DNA of 64,000 bases from the human T2T-CHM13v2.0 reference genome, Homo sapiens. The DNA lies in the NCBI RefSeq assembly GCF_009914755.1, contig NC_060926.1; one strand, given 5' to 3'. Under the pieces are notes generated by a model. That model was given only the letters and a program-made list of their open reading frames with translations, was not told where the DNA came from and ran no database searches. Below, piece after piece: positions 52,108 through 64,000 of the stretch. Position 1 is the stretch's first letter. Every line of letters starts with the position of its first letter. The position numbers were made by a program, and so were the translations under genes.

Positions 52108-53591
52108 GCTAAAGGTTATGATTCCACCTCACTATCCCAGCTCTCCTAAACCAGGGATGTTACATATGAATCAACAACTTCCACATTATAATGACATATT
52201 TTCCCTATTTTAAAATAGCATGCTTTAAAATTCCCTGTTTTAAAATAGCATGCTTTTCTCATTTATAATAATAGTTTTTGAACATCTGTTTGGTCACAAT
52301 GAATATAGAGCTCCAGGGTTGTTTTTCTTTATATGGTACAGGTGTGCTATTATATATTTACCTAATCATCTACTATTGGAAACCAAAGACTTTTTTTTTT
52401 GCCATTATAAATAACATTGTGATGAATAGGTATGCATATAGTCCCAATTCACTTGTCTGATTATTTCTTTGGGTTAAATTCCTAGAACTGGAATTTCTGT
52501 TCCAAAGATTGCCAAATTGCCATTCAGGGAAATTTTACTACTCTATATTCTCACCATTGGTATGTAAGAGTACCTATTTTCCCACCAGCTCAGATGCAGA
52601 TAATCTCCCTTCTTAGCTGTATTTGATATCTAGAATGATGTTAAGGCCAACTCAGTGGTCTGTGTTTTCAGACTTTTGTCTTTTGCCTTTGCTTATGCTG
52701 TATTCTCTTCTTGGCATGACTTTCCCCTTCTTTGCTTGGCTAATTCTACTTGTCTTTTAAGTGTATAAGGCCAGGAAATTTATAAAACTTCATATTGCCA
52801 TGACCATCACTTGATCAAGGATACTGTTTTCATAGGAAGTTTATATTTGAAATTATGAAATAATTCTCACCTAGGACATAACATGTTTTTCCAAGTTTGC
52901 CTTTTCTCTCAGGTCTTGGAGAACCAGTTTCATAAATGGCTATTAGCTGAAATCTTAAATTTCTGAACCCTCTGGGCCCTGTAGTATGCTTTTACATTCC
53001 TGTGTCTGTTTTCTATCTTTTAAGGCTTCATATTTCTTTCTGGTGAATTTCTCCAGTGGCAAGCTAAGAGCGGCAGAGAGGGATTGTAGTTTGACTGTTA
53101 GTTCTGTTGCCTGGTGGATGGCCAGAGAGGCCTGGCAAAGGTGGAGATTAACAGGGAAGACATATTGAAGTGCCCAGTAAATGCTGAATGACTGAGCTAA
53201 GTAGTAGCTCTGGAAAACCCCAGAAAATGGCCCTGAGGATTGATGCTTGACGGAAACCCAAGTTAAGGCTATTATTTAGGCCAAGGAAGCTGCACCAGTA
53301 AATAGAGCTCCAGCATGAAGCTGAGGCTACTTTTCTGCTTTAGAAATTTGATGGGTGCTAATTGAGAAAAGTATCTTGGAATTTATACTGCAGTTCTAAC
53401 CTGCTACCAACACCATTGTTAGCACAACTGACTATATGCCACATTACCGCACCTCTTTATAATATTGGTTGGTTCATATATGTTTGGAAAATAGGGAAAA
53501 TATGTCATTATAATGTGGAAGTTGTTGATTCATATGTAACATCCCTGGTTTAGGAGAGCTGGGATAGTGGGGTAGAATCATAACCTTTAGC
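52108..53591. repeat. 104-bp inverted repeat (arms 52108-52211 and 53488-53591, 2 mismatches, 1276-nt spacer)
   Basis: Manual reverse-complement comparison. Confidence 0.93.
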
Positions 53592-53998
53592 TGGAGAGGA
53601 AAAAACTCTGAGTTCTGCTGCAAAGACAGCAGGAACCTTTTCAGCACCATACTAAGAAAATTAGAAATGAGCACCTACACTCAGGGCTTCCTCCCCAAGA
53701 GGTGCACCACTACTTTTACCTTGGTTTTACAAGAGGCGGGCTGCCTTCTTTGCTCCTCTTCCCTCTGCATTGTCATAGTTGGCTGGCTTTCTTTACTCTG
53801 TTGTACAGTGTTAACATGCTCTGATCTAGCCTTAAACCACCACATGATGTTTGCCTGGGCCTGCAAATGATCTTCCCAGGTACCAATTACTGCTTTTGTT
53901 ACTTCTCTGGTTACAAACTTGAATAGGTTGTGAGTGTCCATCCCTTACCCTTTTTTTTCCCCATAAGCCTTGTTATTTTTAGTGCGAGGTTTTTCTAG

Positions 53999-54093
53999 GA
54001 GAGAGAGAGATATATATATATATATATGTGTATATATATATATATGTGTATATATATATGTGTATATATATATATGTATATATGTATATATAT
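53999..54093. repeat. (GA)n followed by (TA/TG)n microsatellite
   Basis: Read directly. Confidence 0.95.
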
Positions 54094-54645
54094 CATTGAG
54101 CAGAATGTATTTCCTTTTTGGATTTTTTTTCTAAGCATATTTTAATTTGTTTTTATTATTATTTTTAACTGTCAACTCCAACTTCTAATATGTTGTATTT
54201 ATTTTTCAAAATTTGATTTGTTGAACTCATTTTTTCTTAGACCCTTCAAAGCCTTTCCTCTATTCATTGTTTTAGTCCTCTCCTCTTCTCTCCTACCTTC
54301 CTATAATAATCTCTCTCATTCCACCCTTTAGCTTCTTTGTGCATTCGATGTTAATTTATAAGGTTAGGAAAATTTTTATCTTGGCATTTTGGGGTACTTA
54401 AGAGTCTTCCATTAGAAGCAGAGATTACATTTAAGAGCTCTTGTGTTTTGATATTTAGGGATATTTCACTGTATTTTAAAATCAAAATTAACACTAAAAT
54501 ATATATTATAGCAAATACATAGATGTTGATTAGTAGTATGTAAGCATGCATATATTATGTGTTTAATGTAATTTGTAAGCACATTTATAAAGTGTATCAA
54601 TTTATGAATGTGACTGTGTATAATGCTAATATTATTTTCCTTCAG

Positions 54646-54712
54646 GATGATCAGGATGGTAGTCAAGGTCTGGGCAAGAGAAAAAGGGTAAAACTAAGCA
54701 GTGGCACCAAAG
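54646..54712 (+). CDS. UBR3: UBR3 exon 6: DDQDGSQGLGKRKRVKLSSGTK(D)
   Basis: ttttccttcAG acceptor, AAG|gtattt donor, 67 nt, phase 0-1; visible within ORF 54559..54744. Confidence 0.93.
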
Positions 54713-55079
54713 GTATTTGTATTTATTATTATTTTTTTCCTTGAATAAAATGCTTCTAAAAAATGCCTAATCACTAAAAATACTTGATGGGCTAGCCATA
54801 CTGACATCAAAGCTGTTTGAAGGGAGGCTTATGTTATTAGATTTATCTAATAAGTCTTGGAGAAAGTATTGTTAAGCGATTACTATTGGGTTTTGTTCAT
54901 TATTTTCATCATAAAATATGCATTATCATATTTGAGTCCCCCCCAAAAGGAAGTCTTTTCATTGATTGACTGATTTGGCTCCAGTGTTTTTTGTGTGAAT
55001 TTGTAGTTTGGCCTAGTTCCTTTTATAATCTGGGGTATGCAATTTCTAGAGTGAAAAAAGACAAGGGAGATGACATGGT

Positions 55080-55094
55080 GAGAGAGAGACAGAG

Positions 55095-55123
<29 letters not shown>
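55080..55123. repeat. (GA)n(CA)n microsatellite
   Basis: Read directly. Confidence 0.95.
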
Positions 55124-55125
<2 letters not shown>

Positions 55126-57045
55126 GAATGAACAAATAGTACTTAACACGTCATAAAGGCTCAGTAGGGACTCATGTGTTTACTCAAAGGAGAAAGTATT
55201 ATAAATATGCTTTGTAGTGAGGGACTAGATTAGTAATAATAATGAGTAATATTTATTGAACCTTTTGTATGTGTTAGACATGTTAGAGATTATGGCTAAT
55301 GAGAGGTAGATCCTAAATTCATATCCCAGAGCCTAAGCTTTTAACCACAATGTTTACTTGACTGTCACTAAAAGCTTTTCTAGAATACTTGCGATTAGTT
55401 GACAAGTCTGTGCTTTGGATTTTTGCCAGGGATTTTCATATCTTAACGTGTGGTTGGTTTAGAAAGTCTCCAGAGGCTAAAATGTTATTTTGATGAAAAT
55501 AAATTTCTTACTTCTGCTGTTGATTAAGTGTATCTTGTGAAATATCTAGGACTGCCTAGAAAGGTGGAATATGCAGGCACTTTGAGTTGCAGGTTCCTTT
55601 TCTAAGTCTCAGTTACTATGCTGCTGCATTTAACTTGGGGGTTGCTAGGAAAGGGTATGGAATTTGATCTGCAGTCCAGGATGCACACATACAGGTATGT
55701 TCTCCTTTTTTCTGGCTCAGCAGAGAACCTGTATGTCTGAAGGAAATTAGGAACTCATATGGCCTTCTGGCTCTTTAACTTATCAGATATTAAACTGAGT
55801 CCTTGTGACACATCTGAGTTGGAGATTGTTAGGCACATAGTTGAGTTTAAGCTTTAGGGGTGCCCAGAAAATACCTGCTGTGGTGTAAGAGGTCATTGTT
55901 TTCCTTCAGCCTGGTCACACTCTGACTGAAGATACTTTTTATGCAGACTTAAGTTAAAGTGTTTTTTTCTTTGTCTGTTTTTAAATACCTGAACTTTTTT
56001 CACATGTGTGTTTGGATTGAGTGCCTTCTCTTCCTTGTAATGGTAAGAAATAGTACTGAAATTTAAAACTTCATCAGTTACCATTTTCAGTTTAAGTATG
56101 TACATGGAAGGAATGGCTTTGTGAATTAGAACCCCAGGTGTTTTCAAAAACTGACCTTATTTTGAAGATATCTGAAGTTTGGGGAATGGCTCAATTTTTG
56201 TAAGAATTTTGTTCCACAGCTTGAAAAGTGCACTGAAAAGAAAATATGTAATGGTAAGGAAGAGGCCAGACACTATGCTAACCTCATCACTGCCTGTTCT
56301 CTAAACCTGCATTTTAAGGGTGAGGAAACTGAGGCCTTGAGGGCTTTAACTATATGGCCAAGATTCCAAGATTATTGAGCTAGTGAGTTGCAGAACTTGA
56401 ACTCTGTTCTCTTAATTAAAACCTTTGCTTTAGTCATGCATTTACAGTACATAATGATTCTTTAAAAATCTCTTTTTACAATTTGACTTAAGGTAGTTTA
56501 CACATTGTTAAAAGTCATGTCAAGATTTAAAGATAGTCAAACATAACTAATGGAAGCATTTCTGACTACATTTTCATAATATTACACAATATAACACGTG
56601 CTTTAACATCTTGGGAGACTGACATCACCTATTTTAAGAACAACAAAGAAGACATTGCTGGAGTTTTTTTGGTCTGCAGATAAAAATATTGAATTCTACA
56701 TAACTGCAACTATTTTTATTTTAGCAGAAGCCACAGCTTTCCTGGTATATTCAGGTTGTTTAATTGATTTAAAACATTGTTAATGTATATTTTCTTTTAA
56801 GTGCTTGACAATTAATAATAATTATGATGGCTTCAGGCTTTTCATTTGCCTAATGCAGGCTTGCAGAGTCATAACTATGAATTCTATGATTAATAGTACT
56901 AGTTTTATTCAGCTTTGTAAATACATTAAGAAGCACTTACCAATGAGAGCTTTCATTTTGGTAGTCTGTGAAATTATCAGTCACATTGTGTTAAGTGAAT
57001 TGTGAGAATTAAATTAGGTACAGCAGTGTGCTGTGGATTATAATT

Positions 57046-57829
57046 TATTTTTTTCAGCACAGGGTCTCACTGTGTTACCCAGGCTGGAATGATCAGTGGC
57101 ATGGTCTTGGCTCACTGCAACCTCTGCCTCCCAGGCTCAAGCGATCCAATCCTCCTGTCTCAACCTGCCGAGTAGTTGGGACTACAGGCGCATGCCACCC
57201 CACCTGGCTGATTTTCGTATTTTTTTTAGAGACAGGGTTTTGCCATGTTATCTAGGTTGGTCTCAAATTCCTGAGCTCAAGCCATGTGCCCACCTCAGCC
57301 TCCCAAAGTGCTAGGATTAAGGTGTGAGCCACTGTGCCGAGCCTATATTATAATTTTTAGTTACAAATCTTAAATTCCTGCTACCTGATTCTCTTGGGCC
57401 CTGTTTTTATTACTTTTTATCTTTGAATCTGTCAGTGAATTCTTTTGACTGTATTTTACCTCATTTCTTGCAATCTTGGTTTTTGTTTTTAAATCATTGT
57501 CATGCCCTGGAAATGATCTGTTTCAGGAAGAATAGATTTCTGTTTTATAAGTAGAAAATTCTGAGTTTTGAAAATAATTACTTAATTGCTAATAATAAAG
57601 AAATGTAGCCTGGACAACACAGCAAGACCATGTCTCTTCAAAAAATAAAAAATAAATTAGCAGGGTGTGGTCTTGCACACCTATAGTCCTAGCTATTCGG
57701 GAGGGTAAGGTGGGAGGATAACTTGAGCTGAGGAGTTTGAGGCTGCAGTGAGCTATGATTACGCCACTGCACTCTGGCCTCCAGAGTGAGACCCTGACTC
57801 TTAAGAAAAAAAAAAAAAAAAAAAAAAAA
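57046..57829. mobile_element. AluJ (-) ~57046-57343 and 5'-truncated AluJ (+) ~57607-57829
   Basis: Alu bodies read directly. Confidence 0.85.
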
Positions 57830-58660
57830 GATGTATAGTGTTACAGTGTACTTGTCTTTGTATGTTAACCACTACTATATATCACTTATGTCACCACTGA
57901 AATGGAATTAGGGAGTTGGAAGATATTTTTGCCTTTCTGTAGTTAAAATCATAATATCTTCAGAAAATACGATATTTTGGTGCTGTTTTTCTTGTTATTA
58001 ATGAAAAAACTGCGTTAAAGTTATATCTAATAAGGACTGATTCAAGCCTTAGTAAATGCAGTGTTTTGTAAAGAAAGTGATGACATACTGAGCTTGTTAC
58101 TCATTTAGACCCATTACCTGGGGAGATGTGGTATGAACACATTATTCAATATTAGAAGAAGTATAAAGCTGGGGTAGTGTTAATTGAAAAAACTCTACAA
58201 GGTTATCCTGGAAGACACCTTGAACAGTGATGTAGTTAGGGCTGGACCTGAGGATTTTGATGCGTGTGAGATACTGTTTTTTCCAGTCTCTCATCTAAGT
58301 TTAGCCCCTGCTTAAGCAGTGTCACTGGAGCCAGTACATCATAGTTGACACTTCTTGTATCCTCTTGATGTCTTTGTGGATAATGCTTTCTTCCATTGAA
58401 TACCTTTATTTAAAAAGGGCATCCATTCCCCCCATTCATTTTTCCACTTACTGCTTTATATTAAAATATATGCATTAAATTTTTTCTTATTTATATACTG
58501 TGTACATTATAGAAATCTAGCTTGTCAATATTATTGCATTATTGTAAGGATATTTTTAACTTTTAGATACTTTCCCATTTTATGGTTTATGGGTTATTAG
58601 TTATAAAATGAGATGAGCAACTTCAATCATTAACTGATAAATTTCATTTTTCATGTGCAG

Positions 58661-58791
58661 ATCAATCCATAATGGATGTTTTGAAGCATAAAAGCTTCCT
58701 AGAAGAACTATTATTTTGGACTATAAAATATGAATTCCCTCAAAAGATGGTAACTTTCTTACTCAACATGCTTCCAGATCAAGAGTATAAG
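58661..58791 (+). CDS. UBR3: UBR3 exon 7: DQSIMDVLKHKSFLEELLFWTIKYEFPQKMVTFLLNMLPDQEYK
   Basis: gtgcAG acceptor, AAG|gtatct donor, 131 nt, phase 1-0; overlaps ORF 58672..58881. Confidence 0.95.
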
Positions 58792-59388
58792 GTATCTATA
58801 TATTTTCCTGCTTTTCTGAACTTAGCTTTTCTTTCTTTGCCTTTCATTATTAAATCTTTTTTTGATATATTTCTCAGGTGAAGGTTGATATAACACTATA
58901 AACAAGTGTTAGTTTCTTCTCTTGATAACACAAGTTCTTCACAAAAGGCACAGTGTCTTAGCTTTGTGGCAAAGCAGCATTACTCAGCAGAATTCCAAAG
59001 GATTGCTTTTCTGCATGGAACTTGGTCTGGAGGGAATGCTGGGGAACAAACATTGAAACCACAATTTTTATTTTGCAGAAATAAATATGTAGTTACAAAT
59101 TGTTCTAAATCCTCTGAAGAAGAGTACAAGGTGCTATAAGAATGTTTAATGGGGGCAATTGAATTTAGATTGTGAGATCAGGCTGGGAAAAGCATGGGTT
59201 GAAAAGTTGCTGGTCACAACTGCTAAAGAGAGAACAGTTATTGACTCATATACAAATGTTGGCAGGTGAAGTTTCTAGTCCCAGGGGGTCAGAACCCACC
59301 TGTTACTATCTTACGGTTATGGCAAAATGACGAAGCTCGGTGTATGAAAAGAAAATAAAGCATGCTGTTATTTTTATGGTGTAGGTTA

Positions 59389-59793
<405 letters not shown>

Positions 59794-59987
59794 TTAACCA
59801 TCAAAATATTTTGCAAATGTTCCAAAAAAGTGAAAGACTACCTCACCATCGAGATTTTTTTTAAGTTATCTTGGGCATTATTATAAATTAGTAATAGCTG
59901 TAAAATGTTAACATGATATATTGAAAATGATTTTAAATTAAAAATTAAAACTAATGTGTTTTTTCCTTTCTATTAAAATGTTTACAG

Positions 59988-60216
59988 GTTGCTTTTACAA
60001 AAACTTTTGTTCAGCATTATGCTTTCATTATGAAAACACTGAAGAAAAGTCATGAATCAGACACAATGTCTAACAGAATTGTGCATATTAGTGTTCAGTT
60101 GTTCAGCAATGAGGAGCTAGCCAGACAGGTAACAGAAGAATGTCAGCTGCTGGATATTATGGTCACTGTGCTATTATACATGATGGAAAGTTGCCTTATT
60201 AAAAGTGAGCTACAAG
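59988..60216 (+). CDS. UBR3: UBR3 exon 8: VAFTKTFVQHYAFIMKTLKKSHESDTMSNRIVHISVQLFSNEELARQVTEECQLLDIMVTVLLYMMESCLIKSELQ(D)
   Basis: tttacAG acceptor, AAG|gtaact donor, 229 nt, phase 0-1; overlaps ORF 60030..60269. Confidence 0.95.
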
Positions 60217-60979
60217 GTAACTCAGAATTATATTCACTAGTTCTATTATTATCAGTATTATTATTCTAGTATTATTAGTGTACTTCATATACTTAGTAAT
60301 ATTACTAATAATGATACTTAGTATTATTAATCATATTCTAGTATTAGTGAACTTTGTATAACTAGTCTTGAAAACACCTTATGTTTAAAAAAATTATAAA
60401 ATAATACATGTTTGTTACGGACATCTTTGAAAATTTCCAGTGAAGTTTAAAGAAAAAGTTAAAAGCACTTGTAGTTTTGTTATTCACAAATACCTGTTGT
60501 TAGCACTTTGCTATATTTCTTTTCTTTTTGTGTAATGACTATATTTATAGATACAATAAATACTTTTTAAAAAGTTGCCATAGTGTACATGTCAAAAACA
60601 TGCATTTTAATAAGTGCAGGTATTAATATCATGGCTATACCATAATTTATTTAGTCATTTCCTTATTAGACATGTTTCTGCTTTTTTATCATAAATTTGC
60701 TGCTATCAGTCTTAGATATTTTTACATGCTTATACTTTTATAACTTAAAAATTGGGATAAATCTTGCCTTTACTCCCTTAGTGAGAACTTTATATTCTTC
60801 TTTTGTGCCCACTATGTGGTTGATACTCTTCAACCTGCCATAATGTTTCTGTACCTCTTCCCATTCTCATTTCTCTATAGTTACTCATCTTAACTTTACC
60901 TCCCTTAAATTCTATATATATGTATATGTGTGTATATATGTATATATGTATATACACACATATATAAATACATACATAA

Positions 60980-61281
60980 TTTTTATTATTATTTTTTGAG
61001 ACAGAGTCTTGCTCTGTACCCCAGGCTGGAGTGCAGTGGTACGATCTTGGCTTACTGCAACCTCCGCCTCCTGGGTTCAGTTCAAGCAGTTCTGCCTCAG
61101 CCTCCTGAGTAGCTGGGATAACAGGTGTACATCACCATGTCTGGCTAATTTTTGTATTTTTAGTAGAGATGGGGTTTTGCCATGGTGCCCAGGCTAGTCT
61201 TGAACTCCTGACCTCAGGTGATCCCCCTGCCTCAGCCACCCAGAGTGCTGGGATTACAGGTATGAGACACCACGCTTGGCC
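60980..61281 (-). mobile_element. AluS preceded by a TA-rich tract (60912-60979)
   Basis: Reverse Alu. Confidence 0.88.
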
Positions 61282-61289
61282 AATAATAT

Positions 61290-62060
61290 ATAGTATTTAA
61301 ATATTTGCTATGTACCTGGTACTGTGCTGAATACTATTTATGTATTGTTTCAATTAAGCTTCTGAACAAGTCTCTGAGATTGGCATTATTATTATCCTTG
61401 CTTTAAAGATGAGTACATTGAGGCTTAGGAAAGTTAAGCAATTTGCCATAGGTTATACAGCCAGCAAATGACACAGTTAAGAAGGATTTCCTGGCTCCTA
61501 ATGTCAGAACTCTTACTATTCTTAACCTTGACACAGCCAGTCCCTGTCAAAGACTCTTTGATAGGATGTGTCTTTACTTGTTGGCACTAGGAGCTAAACT
61601 TTAAAAATAACAACAAACAATACTTCAGATTAATTAAATCTTAGGACCTCTCCATTCTCTGAGGAGGAGAAATCTTATAGTTGAGCCTTGCTTTGTTCCA
61701 CTCTTGCCTCTTTGTGCATATCAGCTCCTGTTTTCTCCTTATACTGATAATCTGTCTGTTCTCAGGTGTGACACCATGTCCTGAAAATTGATATGAACTC
61801 AGTGCAAGGCATAATGCGTTATATATAATAGCTAGCTAATTATGATAGCTACCATCTCTAGAGTACTCAACTATATGCTAGACTCTTTTCTCAGTACTTT
61901 ATATGCATTATATCACTTAACCATCAATAATTCTTTGAAGGTATTGTCATCTCCATTTTATAGATGAGGCAGCTGAGGCATAGGGAGTTGAAGTCAATGA
62001 TCTGTGATCTTAAGCTCTGAGTGGTAAGGCCGGGTTGTCTAACTTCAAAGCCTGTACTCT
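61290..62060 (-). mobile_element. Two MIR remnants (~61290-61480, ~61850-62060)
   Basis: attattatccttgctttaaagatgag...aagttaagcaatttgcc and ctccattttatagatgagg are MIR core motifs. Confidence 0.65.
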
Positions 62061-62103
62061 TTCTTACCTACTTTGTGAGTCTGCCTTCCCATTGTAGGTA
62101 TAG

Positions 62104-62805
<702 letters not shown>

Positions 62806-62984
62806 TAGTTTTACTAACTTCATGTAATATGATCTATTCTTTCCTAGAGATTTATCTACATATATTGCTTTTTCTTTTTTCCTTTTTGAAATAGTATCTG
62901 CTGTCATTCAGCTGTATCAATGATATTCTTATATTTTATTATATATTTAAAGACAGACTTTTCACAAAAATGGTGTTTTTTTTA

Positions 62985-64000
62985 AATTTTTTTACTTTTT
63001 AATTATACTTTAAGGTCTGGGGTACATGTACAGAATGCGCAGGTTTGTTACCTAGGTATACATGTGCCATGGTGGTTTGCTGCACCCATCAACCTGTCAT
63101 CTACATTAGGTATTTCTCCTAATGCTGTTCCTCCCCCCGCCCCTTGCCCGGCCTGGTGTGTGATGTCCCCCTCCCTGTGTCCATGTGTTCTCATTGTTCA
63201 ACTCCCACTTATGAGTGAAAACATGCGGTGTTTGGTTTTCTGTCCTTGTGATAGTTTGCTGAGAATGATGGTGACCAGTTTCATCCATGTCCTGCAAAGG
63301 ACATAAACTCATCCTTTTTTATGGCTGCAATAGTATTCCATGGTGTATATGTGCCACATTTTCTTTATCTAGTCCATCATTGATGGTCATTTGGGTTGGT
63401 TCCAAGTCTTTGCTATTGTGAACAGTGCCGCAATATACATGTGCATGTGTCTTTATAGCAGCATGATTTATAACCCTTTGGGTATATACCCAGTAAAGGG
63501 ATTGCTGGGTCAAATGGTATTTCTAGTTCTAGATCCTTGAGGAATCGCCACACTGTCTTCCACAATGGTTGAACTAATTTACACTCCCACCAACAGTGTA
63601 AAAGCGTTCCTATTTCTCCACATCCTCTCCAGCGTCTGTGGTTTCCTGACTTTTTAATGATCGCCGTTCTGACTGGCCTGAGATGGTATCTCATTGTGGT
63701 TTTGATTTGCATTTCTCTAATGACCAGTGATGATGAGCATTTTTCATATGTCTGTTGGCTGCATAAATGTCTTCTTTTGAGAAGTGTCTGTTCATGTCCT
63801 TCACCCACTTTTTGATAGGATTGTTTTTTTCTTGTAAATTTGTTTAAGTTCTTTGTAGATTCTGGATATTAGCCCTTTGTCAGATGGATAGATTGCAAAA
63901 ATGTTCTCCCATTCTGTAGGTTGCCTGTTCACTCTGGTAATAGTTTCTTTTGCTGTGCAGAAGCTCTTTAGTTTAATTAGATCCCATTTGTCAATTTTGG
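62985..64000 (-). mobile_element. L1PA 3' end (3'UTR plus ORF2 C-terminus), continuing past the window end
   Basis: ORF 63413..63808 contains the L1 ORF2 C-terminal peptide ([20 protein letters not shown]...[13 protein letters not shown]). Confidence 0.93.

Noticed and set aside
58792-58801. Donor GTATCT resembling a U12-type 5' splice site
   Set aside because: Lacks the GTATCCTT consensus, and no TCCTTAAC-like branch point lies before exon 8; treated as a U2-type intron.
63413-63808. 131-aa ORF with clear protein homology
   Set aside because: Frameshifted C-terminal fragment of L1 ORF2p, not a host gene.

Overview
Primate (hominid, most likely human) genomic DNA, not prokaryotic. The window lies inside the + strand gene UBR3 (UBR-box/RING E3 ubiquitin ligase). 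I recognised it by splicing seven GT-AG exons by hand, which gives ...GFCKRHQIKSSSNIPCVPKDLLMMSEFVLPRFIFCLIQYLREGYNEPAADGPSEKDLNKV...CLIKSELQ. Positions 1-35.7 kb are the distal part of the long first intron. Coding exons 2-8 (numbering from memory) lie at 35733-60216. The rest is dense with retroelements: about 50 Alus, a full-length antisense SVA with TSDs, a two-LTR MaLR provirus carrying three nested insertions (L1MA, an ERV1 LTR and a sense LTR12C), an ERV LTR inside an Alu, MLT2A, L1 ends, MIR/L2 and a 700-bp TA-rich tract. Nearly all ORFs in the supplied track are Alu/SVA/LTR/L1 or chance frames. The most unusual unexplained structure is a 104-bp near-perfect inverted duplication of non-Alu sequence in intron 5 (52108-52211 / 53488-53591) with a template-switch-like scar. 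I found no evidence for a novel multi-gene system. Repeat boundaries are approximate unless a TSD is quoted, and subfamily names are from recall, not from a RepeatMasker run.
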